Source: a bacterium (GTDB lineage Bacteria; UBP18; UBA7526). Taken from it: DNA of 25,862 nt. Position 1 is the first letter of the stretch, and each line of letters begins with the position of its first letter. The notes under the pieces were generated by a model. That model was not told where the DNA came from and did not search any database. It saw only the letters and a program-made list of their open reading frames with translations. Location: contig JAHIPW010000086.1 of the NCBI GenBank assembly GCA_018903055.1, forward strand, positions 1-25,862, written 5' to 3'. The position numbers were made by a program, and so were the translations under genes. Below, one piece after another: positions 23,922-25,862 of the stretch.

Positions 23922-25439
23922 GCTCGATTTCGCTCCAGCCATCATGAGGCCGAGATCAGATTCGCTTGTCTTCTTGGGCTCTACCTCCCCCACAATCTTT
24001 CCCTCATACATCACCAGTATGCGATCAGATAAAGACATAACCTCAGATAGTTCGGCAGAGACCAGGAGAACCGCTTCTCCCTTATCCCTCTCCTCCAAGA
24101 TCTTTCTATGGATGAACTCTATGGCCCCGATATCTACTCCCCTGGTTGGTTGGGAAGCAATTAAGAGCTGGGGATGACGGGACAGTTCCCGGGCAACGAT
24201 GGTCTTCTGCTGGTTGCCACCAGATAGAGAGTTGACCTGAATTTCCTTATCCGCTGGCCGAATATCAAACCTCTTTATCAATTCCAAAGCATTCTCTGAT
24301 ATCTTCTTAAAGTTGAGTCTTGGTCCCTTGGTCATGGGGGGCCGATAATGGCTTCCCAGAATGAGATTATTCTCTACAGAGTAGTCTAGGATCAAACCTC
24401 TCTTATGCCTATCCTCCGGGATATGAGCTATTCTTGATTCCAAGATCTTGCGGGCTGAAGCATTTGTTATATCTTTACCCCATAAAGTTACTTTACCTCT
24501 TATTAGTCTTCTCAGGCCAGTCAGTGCCTCAATCAGTTCCGTCTGACCATTCCCTTCTACCCCGGCAATCCCCAGGATCTCACCCGCCCTTATCTTAAAA
24601 GAAACCCCTCTTAGAGCAGAAAGTCCTCGATCATTCACTGCCTCCAGATCTTTAACCTCCAGGACCACTCCCCTTATCTGGGGGGGATTCTTCTCCACCC
24701 TGAGAAGCACCTCCCTTCCCACCATCATCTTGGCCAGTTCTTCTTTTGTCGTTTTTTTCGTCTCCACTATTCCGGCTACCTTACCATCCCTCATCACTGT
24801 GACCCAGTCACTAATCTCCATAACCTCTTTCAATTTATGGGTAATAAAGATTATCGTCTTCCCTTCTTCTTTCAAGGATCTCATGATATTGAATAACTCT
24901 TCTACTTCCTGAGGGGTCAAGACCGCAGTCGGCTCATCCAGAATCAAGATCTCTGCTCCCCGATATAGGACCTTTATGATCTCCACCCTCTGCTCCAGGC
25001 CCACGGAGAGGTCCTGAACCTTGGCCTGGGCATCGACCTTCAGACCATATTTCTTAGAGAGTCTTTCTACATCTTGAATGGCTTTCTTTGTATCATTAAA
25101 TATCTTCCCTTTCCTGGGCTCTTGTCCCAAAACCACATTCTCAGCAACGGTTAAGGGGGGGATGAGCATGAAGTGTTGATGGACCATCCCGATTCCCTGG
25201 CTAATGGCTACGCTCGGTGAGGAGATATCCATCTCCCTTCCCCTGATAAAGATCTGGCCACTATCCTTCTGGTAGAGGCCATAGAGTATCTTCATCAGGG
25301 TGGACTTCCCGGCTCCATTCTCTCCCACCAAGGCATGGATCTCACCCTTATAGACCCCAAAGTCCACATTATCGTTTGCTACTACCCGGGGGAAGCGCTT
25401 GGTAATTCCCCTCATCTCAATAGCGATTTCTCTCACCAT
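23865..25439 (-). CDS. Nucleoside/sugar ABC transporter ATP-binding protein (tandem NBDs)
   Basis: GENGAGKST, GMVHQHF, ILDEPT, FITHKL, a degenerate second Walker A (GVEGNGQ), LSGGNQQK and QPTRGVD. Confidence 0.96.
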   Translation of the reverse strand: MVREIAIEMRGITKRFPRVVANDNVDFGVYKGEIHALVGENGAGKSTLMKILYGLYQKDSGQIFIRGREMDISSPSVAISQGIGMVHQHFMLIPPLTVAENVVLGQEPRKGKIFNDTKKAIQDVERLSKKYGLKVDAQAKVQDLSVGLEQRVEIIKVLYRGAEILILDEPTAVLTPQEVEELFNIMRSLKEEGKTIIFITHKLKEVMEISDWVTVMRDGKVAGIVETKKTTKEELAKMMVGREVLLRVEKNPPQIRGVVLEVKDLEAVNDRGLSALRGVSFKIRAGEILGIAGVEGNGQTELIEALTGLRRLIRGKVTLWGKDITNASARKILESRIAHIPEDRHKRGLILDYSVENNLILGSHYRPPMTKGPRLNFKKISENALELIKRFDIRPADKEIQVNSLSGGNQQKTIVARELSRHPQLLIASQPTRGVDIGAIEFIHRKILEERDKGEAVLLVSAELSEVMSLSDRILVMYEGKIVGEVEPKKTSESDLGLMMAGAKSSDQVIRQSGDREFPDTPIS

Positions 25440-25509
25440 TTACTCCTCAAATTACATCAATAAGAAGGTCGCGGCATTCGGTTAAGGTTACGACGCCCGT
25501 TTCATCTTT

Positions 25510-25630
25510 CAGAAAACGGTTGTCAGAAAACAGAGATCAGTAGAGAAAACTGATAACAGAAAACAGGAAAAATACTGATTTCAGATTTCTGATTTCCCTA
25601 CAGTTTTCCGATTTCCGTCAACTGTTTTCC
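25510..25630. repeat. GAAAACWG/CWGTTTTC mirror element
   Basis: CAGAAAAC run followed by CTGATTT/GTTTTCCG run; homologous to 11362-11498 in inverted orientation. Confidence 0.85.
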
Positions 25631-25678
25631 GATTCCAACGATACGGGCTTTCTAACCGTAACCGCTAAACATAACCGC

Positions 25679-25862
25679 TTATTCGCGCGGGACCTCTATC
25701 TCTCCACTAATGATCTGGGCTTTGAGTTCCTCCACTTTCTTTCTTACTTCATCCGGAATGAGGTCCTTATTATTCTCATCATAGACATAGCCCACTCCAT
25801 CCTCTGCTAAGCCAAAGGTGTGGACCCCACCCTTGAACTGGCCAGCGATGGTATCCTTTATG
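25679..25862 (-). CDS. BMP-family ABC substrate-binding lipoprotein, C-terminal part only (right window edge)
   Basis: Hand translation gives IKDTIAGQFKGGVHTFGLAEDGVGYVYDENNKDLIPDEVRKKVEELKAQIISGEIEVPRE*, a typical BMP/PnrA C-terminus, directly upstream of the ATPase. Confidence 0.85.
   Translation of the reverse strand, partial: IKDTIAGQFKGGVHTFGLAEDGVGYVYDENNKDLIPDEVRKKVEELKAQIISGEIEVPRE

Noticed and set aside
1250-25680. Intergenic repeats as a CRISPR array
   Set aside because: No constant 23-47-bp repeat with regular unique spacers, and no cas genes.
4-25862. Plus-strand ORFs in the supplied track (e.g. 1939-2304, 2491-2877, 10180-10548, 16517-17119, 21469-21876)
   Set aside because: They lie antisense to well-supported genes or run over repeat arrays, with Ser/Ile/Phe-rich shadow composition and no recognisable motifs.
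1-25862. Taxonomic assignment
   Set aside because: Gene content suggests an anaerobic, probably uncultured bacterium, but the window has no marker I can place without a search.

Overview
A bacterial window in which every credible gene lies on the minus strand. Read in transcription order (right to left) it contains: (1) a nucleoside-type ABC importer (BMP lipoprotein cut by the window edge, ATPase, two permeases) interrupted by a stand-alone HAMP protein; (2) a six-gene cluster behind a clear sigma70 promoter, encoding a DHH phosphoesterase, MTA/purine nucleoside phosphorylase, a TIM-barrel metalloenzyme, a P-loop kinase, a hypothetical protein and a Clp1/Grc3-type polynucleotide 5'-OH kinase; (3) a membrane HAMP-GAF-GGDEF diguanylate cyclase; (4) a bacterial microcompartment (BMC) locus with BMC-H, tpiA, pduL, ackA, a pentamer, an acylating aldehyde dehydrogenase and pduS (cut by the edge). 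A tightly overlapping five-gene TCA block (two-subunit fumarase, mdh, citrate synthase, icd) sits between pduL and ackA. No BMC signature enzyme, alcohol dehydrogenase or aconitase is visible in the window. Nearly every non-overlapping intergenic spacer is filled with degenerate ~7-bp tandem arrays, often a run followed by its reverse complement. Several hairpin/MITE-like families are nested in these arrays, and some of this repeat DNA extends into coding sequence. I found no rRNA, tRNA, CRISPR array or transposase. All assignments come from motif recognition by eye; no database search was run.
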